This document shows positions 6,476 through 14,542 of a stretch of 14,542 bases of DNA, piece by piece. The position numbers and the translations under genes are program-made. The notes beneath the pieces are model-generated. The model saw only the letters and a list, made by a program, of their open reading frames with translations. It made no database searches and had not been told where the DNA came from. Within the stretch, counting starts at the first letter, position 1. Each line of letters begins with the position of its first letter. Source of the stretch: Archangiaceae bacterium (GTDB taxonomy: Bacteria > Myxococcota > Myxococcia > Myxococcales > Myxococcaceae); contig JAYVCD010000410.1 in assembly GCA_043750125.1 (NCBI GenBank), forward strand, positions 1 through 14,542, read 5' to 3'.

Positions 6476-8743
6476 ATGATGACCTTTTGGCGTTTGGGGC
6501 TGTCGGGTGTGCTGGTGGCGATGGTGTCGGGCTGCAACTGCGGGGGACCCGGGGTTCCCGCCGCCTGCGACAAATCGGACGCGCTCGATTTGACCAAGAA
6601 AGCCGGTGACTGCATGGGCCTTCAGCTCGGCAAGCCACTGGGGACCCGGTCGGTGTGTGCGGACAAGGTGAAGCCCTGCTCCACGGCTGAGGTCGACAAG
6701 CTGGCGTCCCTCGTCACCTGCCTCGAAAATCTCCCCACCTGCTCGACCGCCACCCAGGGCTCGTTCGTCAACCTGCAAGGCGCCTGCTACGCGGCAGTTC
6801 CAGGGTTGTCGATGGCCTGCAAAATTTCGGTCTTCGGCACCACTCCGCTTCCAGGCGACGACGCGGGCTTCGATGCCGGCCCACCGGTGGATGCGGGTCG
6901 TCAGCCGAGCGATGGCGGAGGCGTGGTGGATCTGATCGCCGTCGCCGACGAATCGGGCTTCGCGTTCGCCTGGAGCACACCGCAGTCGGGACCTGTCTCG
7001 AAGTGGGAGCTCAATGTCTTCGGCAGTGAGGACGGGGGTCGGCTGCCTGAGATCTACATCTCTCCGGGTTCGGCCCGCGCGTACGAGCTGAGTGCAGACG
7101 GGGGCCTCGACGCAGGTCCGGTCTCGCGCCAGTTCTTCATCGCCGGCATCGATACCCGGGGCTTCCAGATTTACGGCGACCCCCCTGATGCGGGGACGCC
7201 GATGGTCGCCGATGCCGGCGGCTGCCTGAACGCGCTCAACTGCCCCCCGACCAAGGTCTGCGATCTGGGCTCGTGCAAGACCCAGACGTGTCAGGCCGGT
7301 GGGCCGGTCACCTGTCCGTTCGGCTACACCTGCGAGCCGGGCCCGATGTCCTGTGTCCGACAGTTTTCGGATGCCGGCAGCCTGGACGCCGGGTCGACGA
7401 TGGACGCTGGGATGTTCTTTGCTCGCCCGCTGCTCTCGCCGCTGATCTCGGTTGCGACGGGCGTGCCCGGCATTTCGGCCCAGACGTCGATTGGAGGTTT
7501 CCCCGCTCGACGGCTCGACATCGTGGCGATCGATTCCGCCCGGCAGTTCGTCGCGCTCGAGCAGGAAACCCAGTTGTTTGGCCACTACACCTCGCACCGC
7601 GGCAAGGAGCTGCTCAACGACACCGGCAGCGCCTCGGCGATCGACCCCGCGGGCTCGCGCGCAAAGCTTGCCTACGTCCCAGAGAGCGACACCGTTTTTG
7701 CGTGTTACAACTTTGGGCGCGGAGTGCGAATTCGGCGCAGCCGAGACCTGGGTCAGTCGTGGGGCACCGACGCCATCACCCTGGCTCCGGTAGAGGACGG
7801 CGGCTTCAGCTCGCGCTTCTTCGACTGCTCGATTGCTCCCTGGAAGAACGGGTCGGCGATCTTCGCCTACGTCGAGGACGACGCGGTGGTGGTGCGAACG
7901 GTGACCGAGGCGTTGTCCCTCGAGCCCCTGGCCGCAACGGACTACGCGTTCGTTTCGATGCCGGCCGACGCAGGCAACATCTACAGCCCGCAGCACACCG
8001 CGATCGCGACTCTGCCCGGGACGCCCACCAATGGCGGCCCCGGAGCGATCGTCCACGTCGGGTTTACCGGAACGCGCACGAACGGAACGCGCTTGGACAC
8101 CGAGGTCTACGGGGTGTACCGCGATGCGACCACCGGGGGGTTCCGGCCCGTCGAGCTGATCAACCGCAGTGCGATTGGCAACAACCCAGAGCTTCAGGAT
8201 TTCGTCACCCTCGCGGTCGACCCGCGCAGCGGGAGGGGCTTGGCGGCCTTTTCGGCTCTCGAGCAGGACTACTGGACGGTGTACGTCTCGCTCTTCGCGC
8301 AGAATCCAAAGACTTGGATCACGGGATCGGACCTCACGGTCTTTGCGAAAAAATTGACCGAGTACCCGGTTTTCCCCGCTCGGCAACAGGCCGACATCTG
8401 GGACGCCTTCTCACCGTCCCTGGCCGTGACGAAGGCGGGCAAGATGTTCTTGTCGGTGGTCGCGGGCAAGCGCACGGGCCTGACCAGGGACCTGCGGATG
8501 TACCTGGTCGGCTTCGACTTCAACGCCACCTCGCCGGTTGCGGGGAAGGGCTGGTTCCTGCCCCCGGCAGTGAAGCTCAGCGACACCAAGGTCTTCGACC
8601 CGCGGGCCGCGTCGGGCGTCGTTCCTCCCAACGTCTCGGCGATCTGCACCGACACCCAGCTGTCTGTCTACGGCGCCTTCATTCAGGGCGTGGGCTTGAT
8701 GAGCGAAATCGAAAACCCGGCGGTGTTCATCAGCCGGCCGTGA
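6476..8743 (+). CDS. Large lipoprotein (~755 aa): Cys-rich domains, DAG linkers, C-terminal BNR/Asp-box propeller-like region
   Basis: Signal peptide with lipobox MMTFWRLGLSGVLVAMVSG|C, two Cys clusters, Asp-box RSRDLGQSW and a beta-strand-rich C-terminal half. The start is reassigned from the track's 6059. Confidence 0.82.
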   Translation: MMTFWRLGLSGVLVAMVSGCNCGGPGVPAACDKSDALDLTKKAGDCMGLQLGKPLGTRSVCADKVKPCSTAEVDKLASLVTCLENLPTCSTATQGSFVNLQGACYAAVPGLSMACKISVFGTTPLPGDDAGFDAGPPVDAGRQPSDGGGVVDLIAVADESGFAFAWSTPQSGPVSKWELNVFGSEDGGRLPEIYISPGSARAYELSADGGLDAGPVSRQFFIAGIDTRGFQIYGDPPDAGTPMVADAGGCLNALNCPPTKVCDLGSCKTQTCQAGGPVTCPFGYTCEPGPMSCVRQFSDAGSLDAGSTMDAGMFFARPLLSPLISVATGVPGISAQTSIGGFPARRLDIVAIDSARQFVALEQETQLFGHYTSHRGKELLNDTGSASAIDPAGSRAKLAYVPESDTVFACYNFGRGVRIRRSRDLGQSWGTDAITLAPVEDGGFSSRFFDCSIAPWKNGSAIFAYVEDDAVVVRTVTEALSLEPLAATDYAFVSMPADAGNIYSPQHTAIATLPGTPTNGGPGAIVHVGFTGTRTNGTRLDTEVYGVYRDATTGGFRPVELINRSAIGNNPELQDFVTLAVDPRSGRGLAAFSALEQDYWTVYVSLFAQNPKTWITGSDLTVFAKKLTEYPVFPARQQADIWDAFSPSLAVTKAGKMFLSVVAGKRTGLTRDLRMYLVGFDFNATSPVAGKGWFLPPAVKLSDTKVFDPRAASGVVPPNVSAICTDTQLSVYGAFIQGVGLMSEIENPAVFISRP

Positions 8744-8746
8744 CCG

Positions 8747-11401
8747 CTACCCTCCGGGGTTGATTCCGGAAACGATCGTCGTCAGGTCCAGCCCGCCGGT
8801 GTAGCCGTAGCTGACGTACGAGTCGTAGCCAAAGACGGTCACGCCCGCTCCGGGCAGCGGCGTGATTCCCATCTTCGGGACCACCAGGACGGTGTGGGTT
8901 CCCACGGTCACCGGGTGGTTCTTCGAGACGAACGGCGAATTGGCGATCGGCACGAAAGTGTTCAGCGGCACCGCGACGCCATCGACTTCAATCGACTGGA
9001 CCTTGTTGGTGTCGATCGACAGGCCCAGGTAGTTGTCCCTGATTCCGGGGGCCGCGAGCACGGTGTAGCTGCCCCGCCATTGTTCCGCGGGGGGAATCAA
9101 GACCATCGAGGGGTCCCCCTGAACGGGGTCGGTGGGGGCTCCGGCGGTGATGCCTTGCCCGGGGAACATCTGGACCAGGGCCGCGGGGAAGTCGGTGGTG
9201 ACGGTGAAGCTCGCCGCGCTCTTGAATTCCATGTACGCGGCGCCGGCCAGACGGCAGGTGTTGGCGGCCAGACTGGTGCCGGCCAGACAGCGGTTGGGCA
9301 AGAGCACCTCGGCCGCCAACGGAGCGGTGCTGAACGTCACCAGGGTTCCATTCGGGCAGGGGGTGCCGACCGAGGTCGAAGAACAGCTGGCGACAATCTT
9401 CCAGTGGTCGGGTGCTTTGTACCCAAACAAATTGTTCACCTGCCGCAGGGGCGCAGATCGCTGAGCGACGAAGGTCTTGCCCCAGGTGCGAAACGGGAAG
9501 ATCTGCTCTTCGACGTGATCGCAGGCGACGCGGTCATACGGCCGGGTGGTGCAGGCTGCTCCGCCAAAAACCGCGACGGGGCTGCTCGAGGTGATCACCG
9601 TTCCGGTCAGATCATTGTCCACCCGGCAAACCTTGTTGGTCCCGCCAAAGGCGTTGGTCGCGCACTCGATGTTGTTTCCCGCCCCGAGGTTGGTCGTGGC
9701 CAATTGCAGAACGTCGTAGCTGTTGAGGGTGAAGTTGCGCGTCTCACCCTTGGTCATTCCGGGCACGCCGGTTCCGGCGAGGGTCGCAGCCGAAGACTTC
9801 ACCGTGACCATCGTCCCGTCGGTCGTGCCCACGATGGTCACATACCCATTGAAGTCATTGGCGATCGGGCCGGAATTCGAAGCGGTGGTCGTGTAGTAGG
9901 TGTGCTCCTGGCTGATCGCGACGTGGCTCGTTCCGAGGTCGTGCGCAGGCAGCAGCAGCGACGCGTCGTTCGAATAGGTGTTGTACGAGCATTTCTTCCC
10001 GCCGCCCGGAGCGTTGGCACAAATGCCTGCGTTGGGGTCGCCGAGCAGGCCGCAGAAGGGGCCGACCGGCGCGACTTCGTTGCAGGCGCAGTCGGGCTGC
10101 CCTGCGGTGCCGGTGCAGGCCTTGGTGTACTTGACCGCATCGAGTGGGTTGAATTGGTAGACGGTGATCGGCCGGGTCGAGGTGATTTTGTAGCCGTACC
10201 GCGCCAGGCCGGAGCTCGCGATGCCGGCCGGGTTGCTGGCGGGGCCAATCGATTGCCAGGGGACGTAGATCGTCATCAGCCCCTGGGTCGCAGCGTCGTT
10301 GCGGCCCGGGACGGTGACGCTGGCGACCGTCTGCAGCGCGCCGGCAAAGACCCGGGTCACGGTGACCGAGGCGACCTGGGTCGAGCGGTTGGTGACGACG
10401 AAGGCGAAGTTGGACACCTGGCTCAAGGAGCCCTGGCCGCTGGCGACGCCGCCTTTGAAGAACTTGTCGACGTTGTTGTCCTGGACGGCGGTCCAGTACT
10501 CGCAGCCGAAATAGCTCTTCGCCGCGACGGCCTGATCGCACTCGAAGACGCACTGGCCGTTTTGACACTCGCGGCCCGGGTCCATGCCGCCATCGGGCAA
10601 CGAGGAACAGGGGACGGGGTCGAAGGCGCCAATCGAATTGCACAGCTGCTGGGTGCTGATGTTCAAGCAAGCCGTCGCGCCGGGAATGCACGCGGGGGGC
10701 TTGCACTGCGGCATCGACGAGGTGGGGTTCAGCTCGCACACCTGGGTGATGCAGGTGCCGTTGAGGTTGTCTCCGGTGTTCGTCCACTTCCAGGTCAGCG
10801 TCTCGTCGGGCTGCTTCTGACAGGTCTGCAACGACTTGCTGTCGGGGCTGCAGCGGGTGCTTCCCGGCGTGCACTCGCGGCATTCGCCCTGGGTGCAAAG
10901 CCCGGTGCCAGAACAGGTGATGGTGCGAAAGGCGGTGGCGTCGTCGACGCAGACCGAAACCTGGGTCGAAGCGCCCCCGTCGTCGGGGGGAATGCAGGAG
11001 GCGGCTCCCGCCTGGCAGGCGCGGCACTTCTCGTCTTTGCAAAACCCATTGGGAACCGAGCAGGTCTGGCTGACGGCCCAGGTGTTGTCGGTGCCGCAGC
11101 TCTCGACCGCCTTCGAATCGCGGGTGCAACGTTCCGCGCCGGTGGTGCAGGGGGTGACGATCGGGCCGGCGTCGTCGGCGGGAGGGCGCGGCTCGCAGCT
11201 GCCGAGGAAGAGGTTGCACTTCTGCCCTGCGCCACAGTCCCCGTCGCGCTCGCAGACGAAGCGGCAATCACCCGCGACCAGACGATCGCCTTTTTCGCAG
11301 ATCAGCCCCGCGTCCTGGGGGCCGGCGAGCTGTTTGACTTTGCAACTGCAGAGAGCAAGGCCCAACAAGACGGCGGCGCCAGCGAGGCGGGCGAAGCTCA
11401 T
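8747..11401 (-). CDS. Cys-rich lipoprotein with IgGFc-binding-protein (FCGBP N-terminal-like) domain
   Basis: Lipoprotein signal ...LLGLALCS|C and CxxGxxxC repeats. Family-typical motifs: SYFGCEYW, PITVYQFNPL, SNDASLLLP, CDHVEEQIFP, GDPSMVLIPP..QW, VFGYDSYVSYGYTGG. Confidence 0.85.
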   Translation of the reverse strand: MSFARLAGAAVLLGLALCSCKVKQLAGPQDAGLICEKGDRLVAGDCRFVCERDGDCGAGQKCNLFLGSCEPRPPADDAGPIVTPCTTGAERCTRDSKAVESCGTDNTWAVSQTCSVPNGFCKDEKCRACQAGAASCIPPDDGGASTQVSVCVDDATAFRTITCSGTGLCTQGECRECTPGSTRCSPDSKSLQTCQKQPDETLTWKWTNTGDNLNGTCITQVCELNPTSSMPQCKPPACIPGATACLNISTQQLCNSIGAFDPVPCSSLPDGGMDPGRECQNGQCVFECDQAVAAKSYFGCEYWTAVQDNNVDKFFKGGVASGQGSLSQVSNFAFVVTNRSTQVASVTVTRVFAGALQTVASVTVPGRNDAATQGLMTIYVPWQSIGPASNPAGIASSGLARYGYKITSTRPITVYQFNPLDAVKYTKACTGTAGQPDCACNEVAPVGPFCGLLGDPNAGICANAPGGGKKCSYNTYSNDASLLLPAHDLGTSHVAISQEHTYYTTTASNSGPIANDFNGYVTIVGTTDGTMVTVKSSAATLAGTGVPGMTKGETRNFTLNSYDVLQLATTNLGAGNNIECATNAFGGTNKVCRVDNDLTGTVITSSSPVAVFGGAACTTRPYDRVACDHVEEQIFPFRTWGKTFVAQRSAPLRQVNNLFGYKAPDHWKIVASCSSTSVGTPCPNGTLVTFSTAPLAAEVLLPNRCLAGTSLAANTCRLAGAAYMEFKSAASFTVTTDFPAALVQMFPGQGITAGAPTDPVQGDPSMVLIPPAEQWRGSYTVLAAPGIRDNYLGLSIDTNKVQSIEVDGVAVPLNTFVPIANSPFVSKNHPVTVGTHTVLVVPKMGITPLPGAGVTVFGYDSYVSYGYTGGLDLTTIVSGINPGG

Positions 11402-11405
11402 GAAT

Positions 11406-11430
11406 GACCCCTTCTTAAAACGAAGGGCTC
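11406..11430 (-). promoter_or_regulatory. Hairpin overlapping the RBS of the IgGFc-type lipoprotein gene
   Basis: The minus strand reads GAGCCCTTC-GTTTTAA-GAAGGGGTC-ATTC-ATG. The SD-like AAGGGG sits in the 3' arm. Confidence 0.45.
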
Positions 11431-11436
11431 GACGTA

Positions 11437-14400
11437 TCAGTCGCCGAGGTTGTCAATCAAGCTGGTGAAGTCGGCGTCATCGTCGTCGTCGCCCTTCTTC
11501 TTGGGCGGAAGCGTCGCTCCGGCGGGCATCACCACCGTGCGTTCGTCGCGATCGGGAGGACGCTTTCCTGACGGAGCAGGGGTCAGCACCGGGTTGGCGG
11601 CCTTGACTACCGCGCCGACGCCCAGCTGGGTGCGGGGGGCGACGCGAACGGCCTCGGTGCGCATCCCCGAATCGGCCGGAACGCTGGGGGCCCGCATGTC
11701 GACCGGAATGAGGTTGGCGCGGGTGGCCTCGTCGTTGTCGTCGCCGAACGCGTTGCCGATCGCAGCCGAGATGGACGTCTTCGGGTCTGCGGGCTTGGCG
11801 GCGACGGGACGGGTGGCGGTGGCTCCGGCCGGCTTATTCTTGTACCGGGCCAGCTCGAGCTCGACGACCTTGAGCGCTTTGCTCTTTTCCTGCACCGCGG
11901 CCTGCAGCCGCTGAACTTCCTGCGCCTTGACCTGCTCGCGGCGATCGAGCTCGGCCTTCTGCTTGGTGCCCAGCTCTTCCATCAACAGCAGGTGCTTGCC
12001 CTCGAGCTCCTTCTTCTCGCGCAGGCTGGCCTGGAGTTTGGCGGCGGCTTCGTTCGCCTTCGCCTCTGCGACGGCGGCCTTCGCCCCGAGCTCCTTCTCG
12101 CCCTTCGCCCGGACGGACGAGGCGCCTTCCAGCGCCTGCTCGAGCTCGCTGACTTTCCGGCCGCGCAAGGCGAGCTGGTTGTTGAGCTCTTTGGCCTTCG
12201 CTTCGGCTTCCTGGTTGCGCGCTTGAGCTTCGGCCTGGACCTGGGCGACGCGGGCCTCGGTGCGCAGCAGCTTGGCCGCGAAGTCGTCGGCCACCTTTTT
12301 GGCGTTGACCTTCTCGAGCCCCAGCGCGTTGTTGGCTTCGGTGACGCGGGCGTTGGCCTGCTGAATCTGGGCCTGCATCTGGGCCTTGAGCTGGTCGCGC
12401 TCTTTGCCGGCCGCCTCGCCCACCGCGAAGACCTTCTGCAGGTTCTCGTTCTTTTCGGCCAGGTCCGCGCGGACGCTGTCGAGCTCGTGAGTGGTCCCGG
12501 CCAGTCGACTCTGCATTTCGTCGAGCTTCTTCTTCGAGTCGTCGAGAACCGACTTGAGCTTGCTCTCGAGCAGCTTGAGCGCTTCACCCTTGGCGTGGGC
12601 GTCGCGGGTGAGCGCGTCGGCCTGGCGCGTCTTCTCCTGGGAGAGCGCGGTGAGCTTGCGCAGCGTGTCGGCGAGCTCCTTGCTCTTGCCGGCGAGGTCG
12701 TTTTGGAGCAGCTCTTCTCGGCGCTGCGCCTCTTCGGTGAGGGTCCCGACCCGCTCTTCGAGGTGACCTTTGGCGTCCTGCGCGTGGGCGAGCCCTGCAG
12801 AAAGCTGGGTGACTTCGGCGACCCGCTGCCCGAGCTCTTGCTTGATCCCCGCCAGCTGCTCGTTGAGATCCAACCCTTGATCCCGGGCGATGTTGAGCTC
12901 GGAAGTCATCTTCACCAGCTCGGACTCGAGGATCTGCCGGGTCGCCGCGTGGTCGGCCAGTTCCTTCTTGAGCCGGGAATCTTTGTCGGTGAGGTTGGCC
13001 TGGGTCGCGGCGAGGTTGACCTGGGTCGACTGCAGCTGCTCGGCCAGGGTGTCGCGCTCGTCAGACAGCGAAGAAATCTCGGCGCTGGTTTCCTTCTGCA
13101 GCTCGGCGTGGGCAGACGCTTCGGCTTCGTAGTTGCCGGTCGCTTCCGAGAGCGCGGTCTTCAGCTGGCCGATTTCGCCGGACAGCCGTTCTTCGAGCTC
13201 GGACTTCGAGGCTTCCGAGGTCCGGAACAGGCCGGTGACGCGGGCGACCTCGTTGCGGGCCGCCTTGCCTTCGCCTTCCCGTTCGGTTCGCTCGGCGCGG
13301 GTTTTCTCGAGCTCGGTGTGGGTCTGGGCGAGGGTGGCAGCCGTCTGGGCCTGCTCGCGGCTCTTCTGCTCGAGCGCTTCCTGGGTCTGCCCGAGCGTAT
13401 TTTGAGTCTGGGCGAGATCCTTCTGGGCCTGGTCGAGCGAGGCGCTGAGCTGCTCGATGTTGCTTTCGCGGTCTTCGAGCGACGCGGTGAGCGCCTCGAT
13501 TTCACCTTTGCGATTGGCGATTTCTTCGCGGGCGGTGGAAAGGTCGGCGTCGCGTTCGGCAATGGTCTTCTGCGACCGGGCGAGCTCGTCGCCCAGGTCG
13601 GTCAGCTTTGCTTCGCGATCCGAGAGGTCGGCGTTGAGACCGTCGATCGTCAGGCCGCGCGCTGCGAGGGTCTGGCTCAGCTGCTCGCCGAGGGCGGTGG
13701 CCGCGGCGAGATCGGTCTCGAGCTGTTCCTTTGCTGCGCCCAATTCGCCCAGCTCGGCGTTGAGCTCTTCCTCGCGGTCGGCCAGCGCGGACTTGGTGGC
13801 TTCAACTTCGCCTTCGAGCTCGCCGATGCGCTCGAGCTTTTCCTGCACCTGGGCCTGCAGCTCGGCTTCCTGGCGATCTTTGCGTTCGACGGTGTCGGCG
13901 AGCTCTTTTTCGAGGTGCTCGATGCGCCCGGCGCGCTCGTGCAGCTTGTCGTTGAGATCGGTCTCGAGCTCTTGCCGCTCGAGCTCGAGGGCCTCGAGGC
14001 TGCCCTTGAGGCTGGTGATTTCGCCTTCCAGCTCGCCGAGCTTCTCGGCGTTGCGGGCCGAATGATCCGACGCTTCGGCGCGAAGCCGGTCGATCTCTTC
14101 GTCGCTGCGGGTGTGGTGATCGACCGCCTCGCGCACTTCCTCTTGCAGCCGGCTGACGGTGTTCTCACGTTCCGCGCGGGTGGTGTCCAGCGTCTCGTTG
14201 AGCGCGTGCAGCTGCCCTTCGAACTCGGCGTACTTTTCATCGCGAAGGCTGATCGTGCCTGACAGCTCGGACCGGGTGCCCTCGAGGTCGCTCTTGAGCG
14301 CGATGATCTGCAGGTCGCGCGCGGCGTTGGCCTCGGCGAGATTTTTTTCGCGGACTTCGCTCTCGATCGTCGCGGTGCCGAAGTCCTTCTCGAGAACCGA

Positions 14401-14541
14401 ATATTCTTTTTGCTGGGCTTCGAGATCTGCGGCACGGCGCAGCAGCTCTTCGTCTTTGTGCGACAGCTCGCGGCGAAGGACGTTGATGTCCTTTTCCTTG
14501 GCCGAGACGACCTCGATGACTTCCTTCTCGCCGATGAACTT
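11437..14541 (-). CDS. aglZ: AglZ-like adventurous gliding motility coiled-coil protein (5' end outside window)
   Basis: The frame is open from 14541 (KFIGEKEVIEVVSAKEKDINVLRRE...) through the track ORF and forms a long heptad coiled coil. Segments such as LERIGELEGEVEA, QRREELLQNDL, VQEKSKALKVVELELARYK and the acidic end DDDDADFTSLIDNLGD closely match Myxococcus xanthus AglZ as I recall it. Confidence 0.85.
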   Translation of the reverse strand, partial: KFIGEKEVIEVVSAKEKDINVLRRELSHKDEELLRRAADLEAQQKEYSVLEKDFGTATIESEVREKNLAEANAARDLQIIALKSDLEGTRSELSGTISLRDEKYAEFEGQLHALNETLDTTRAERENTVSRLQEEVREAVDHHTRSDEEIDRLRAEASDHSARNAEKLGELEGEITSLKGSLEALELERQELETDLNDKLHERAGRIEHLEKELADTVERKDRQEAELQAQVQEKLERIGELEGEVEATKSALADREEELNAELGELGAAKEQLETDLAAATALGEQLSQTLAARGLTIDGLNADLSDREAKLTDLGDELARSQKTIAERDADLSTAREEIANRKGEIEALTASLEDRESNIEQLSASLDQAQKDLAQTQNTLGQTQEALEQKSREQAQTAATLAQTHTELEKTRAERTEREGEGKAARNEVARVTGLFRTSEASKSELEERLSGEIGQLKTALSEATGNYEAEASAHAELQKETSAEISSLSDERDTLAEQLQSTQVNLAATQANLTDKDSRLKKELADHAATRQILESELVKMTSELNIARDQGLDLNEQLAGIKQELGQRVAEVTQLSAGLAHAQDAKGHLEERVGTLTEEAQRREELLQNDLAGKSKELADTLRKLTALSQEKTRQADALTRDAHAKGEALKLLESKLKSVLDDSKKKLDEMQSRLAGTTHELDSVRADLAEKNENLQKVFAVGEAAGKERDQLKAQMQAQIQQANARVTEANNALGLEKVNAKKVADDFAAKLLRTEARVAQVQAEAQARNQEAEAKAKELNNQLALRGRKVSELEQALEGASSVRAKGEKELGAKAAVAEAKANEAAAKLQASLREKKELEGKHLLLMEELGTKQKAELDRREQVKAQEVQRLQAAVQEKSKALKVVELELARYKNKPAGATATRPVAAKPADPKTSISAAIGNAFGDDNDEATRANLIPVDMRAPSVPADSGMRTEAVRVAPRTQLGVGAVVKAANPVLTPAPSGKRPPDRDERTVVMPAGATLPPKKKGDDDDDADFTSLIDNLGD

Positions 14542-14542
14542 C

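Noticed and set aside
6054..6638. N-terminal extensions of the MoxR ORF (to 6638) and the lipoprotein ORF (from 6059)
   Set aside because: They overlap each other and the small gene and look non-protein-like. Family-consistent starts are 6053 and 6476.
6461..14435. Long alternative-frame or antisense ORFs (641, 496, 837, 470, 756, 252 aa etc.)
   Set aside because: Expected in high-GC coding DNA where off-frame stop codons are rare. They lack motifs and show the skewed composition of shadow ORFs.
11437..14541. SMC, tape-measure or phage protein interpretation of the coiled coil
   Set aside because: There are no Walker B/signature motifs and no phage context; the specific resemblance is to AglZ.

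Overview
GC-rich bacterial DNA, very likely from a myxobacterium (Myxococcales), judged mainly from an AglZ-like gliding-motility protein. From left to right: ilvE (partial, -); a patatin-like phospholipase (-); a REC/DUF4388/J-domain/TPR protein (-); a secreted 180-aa hypothetical protein (+); a 4 x 29-bp tandem repeat; a MoxR/CoxD-type AAA+ ATPase (-); a putative sigma54 promoter ahead of a 65-aa membrane protein and a large Cys-rich/propeller-like lipoprotein (+); a convergent Cys-rich IgGFc-binding-type lipoprotein (-); and the 3' ~1034 codons of aglZ (-). No mobile element, RNA gene or true CRISPR array is visible. The most notable items are the spacerless repeat (it resembles both a type I-E CRISPR repeat and paired DnaA boxes), the potentially phosphorylation-gated J-domain protein tightly linked to a patatin, and two surface lipoproteins rich in D-A/G-G motifs next to aglZ. 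Family assignments come from motif recognition and memory, not from searches.
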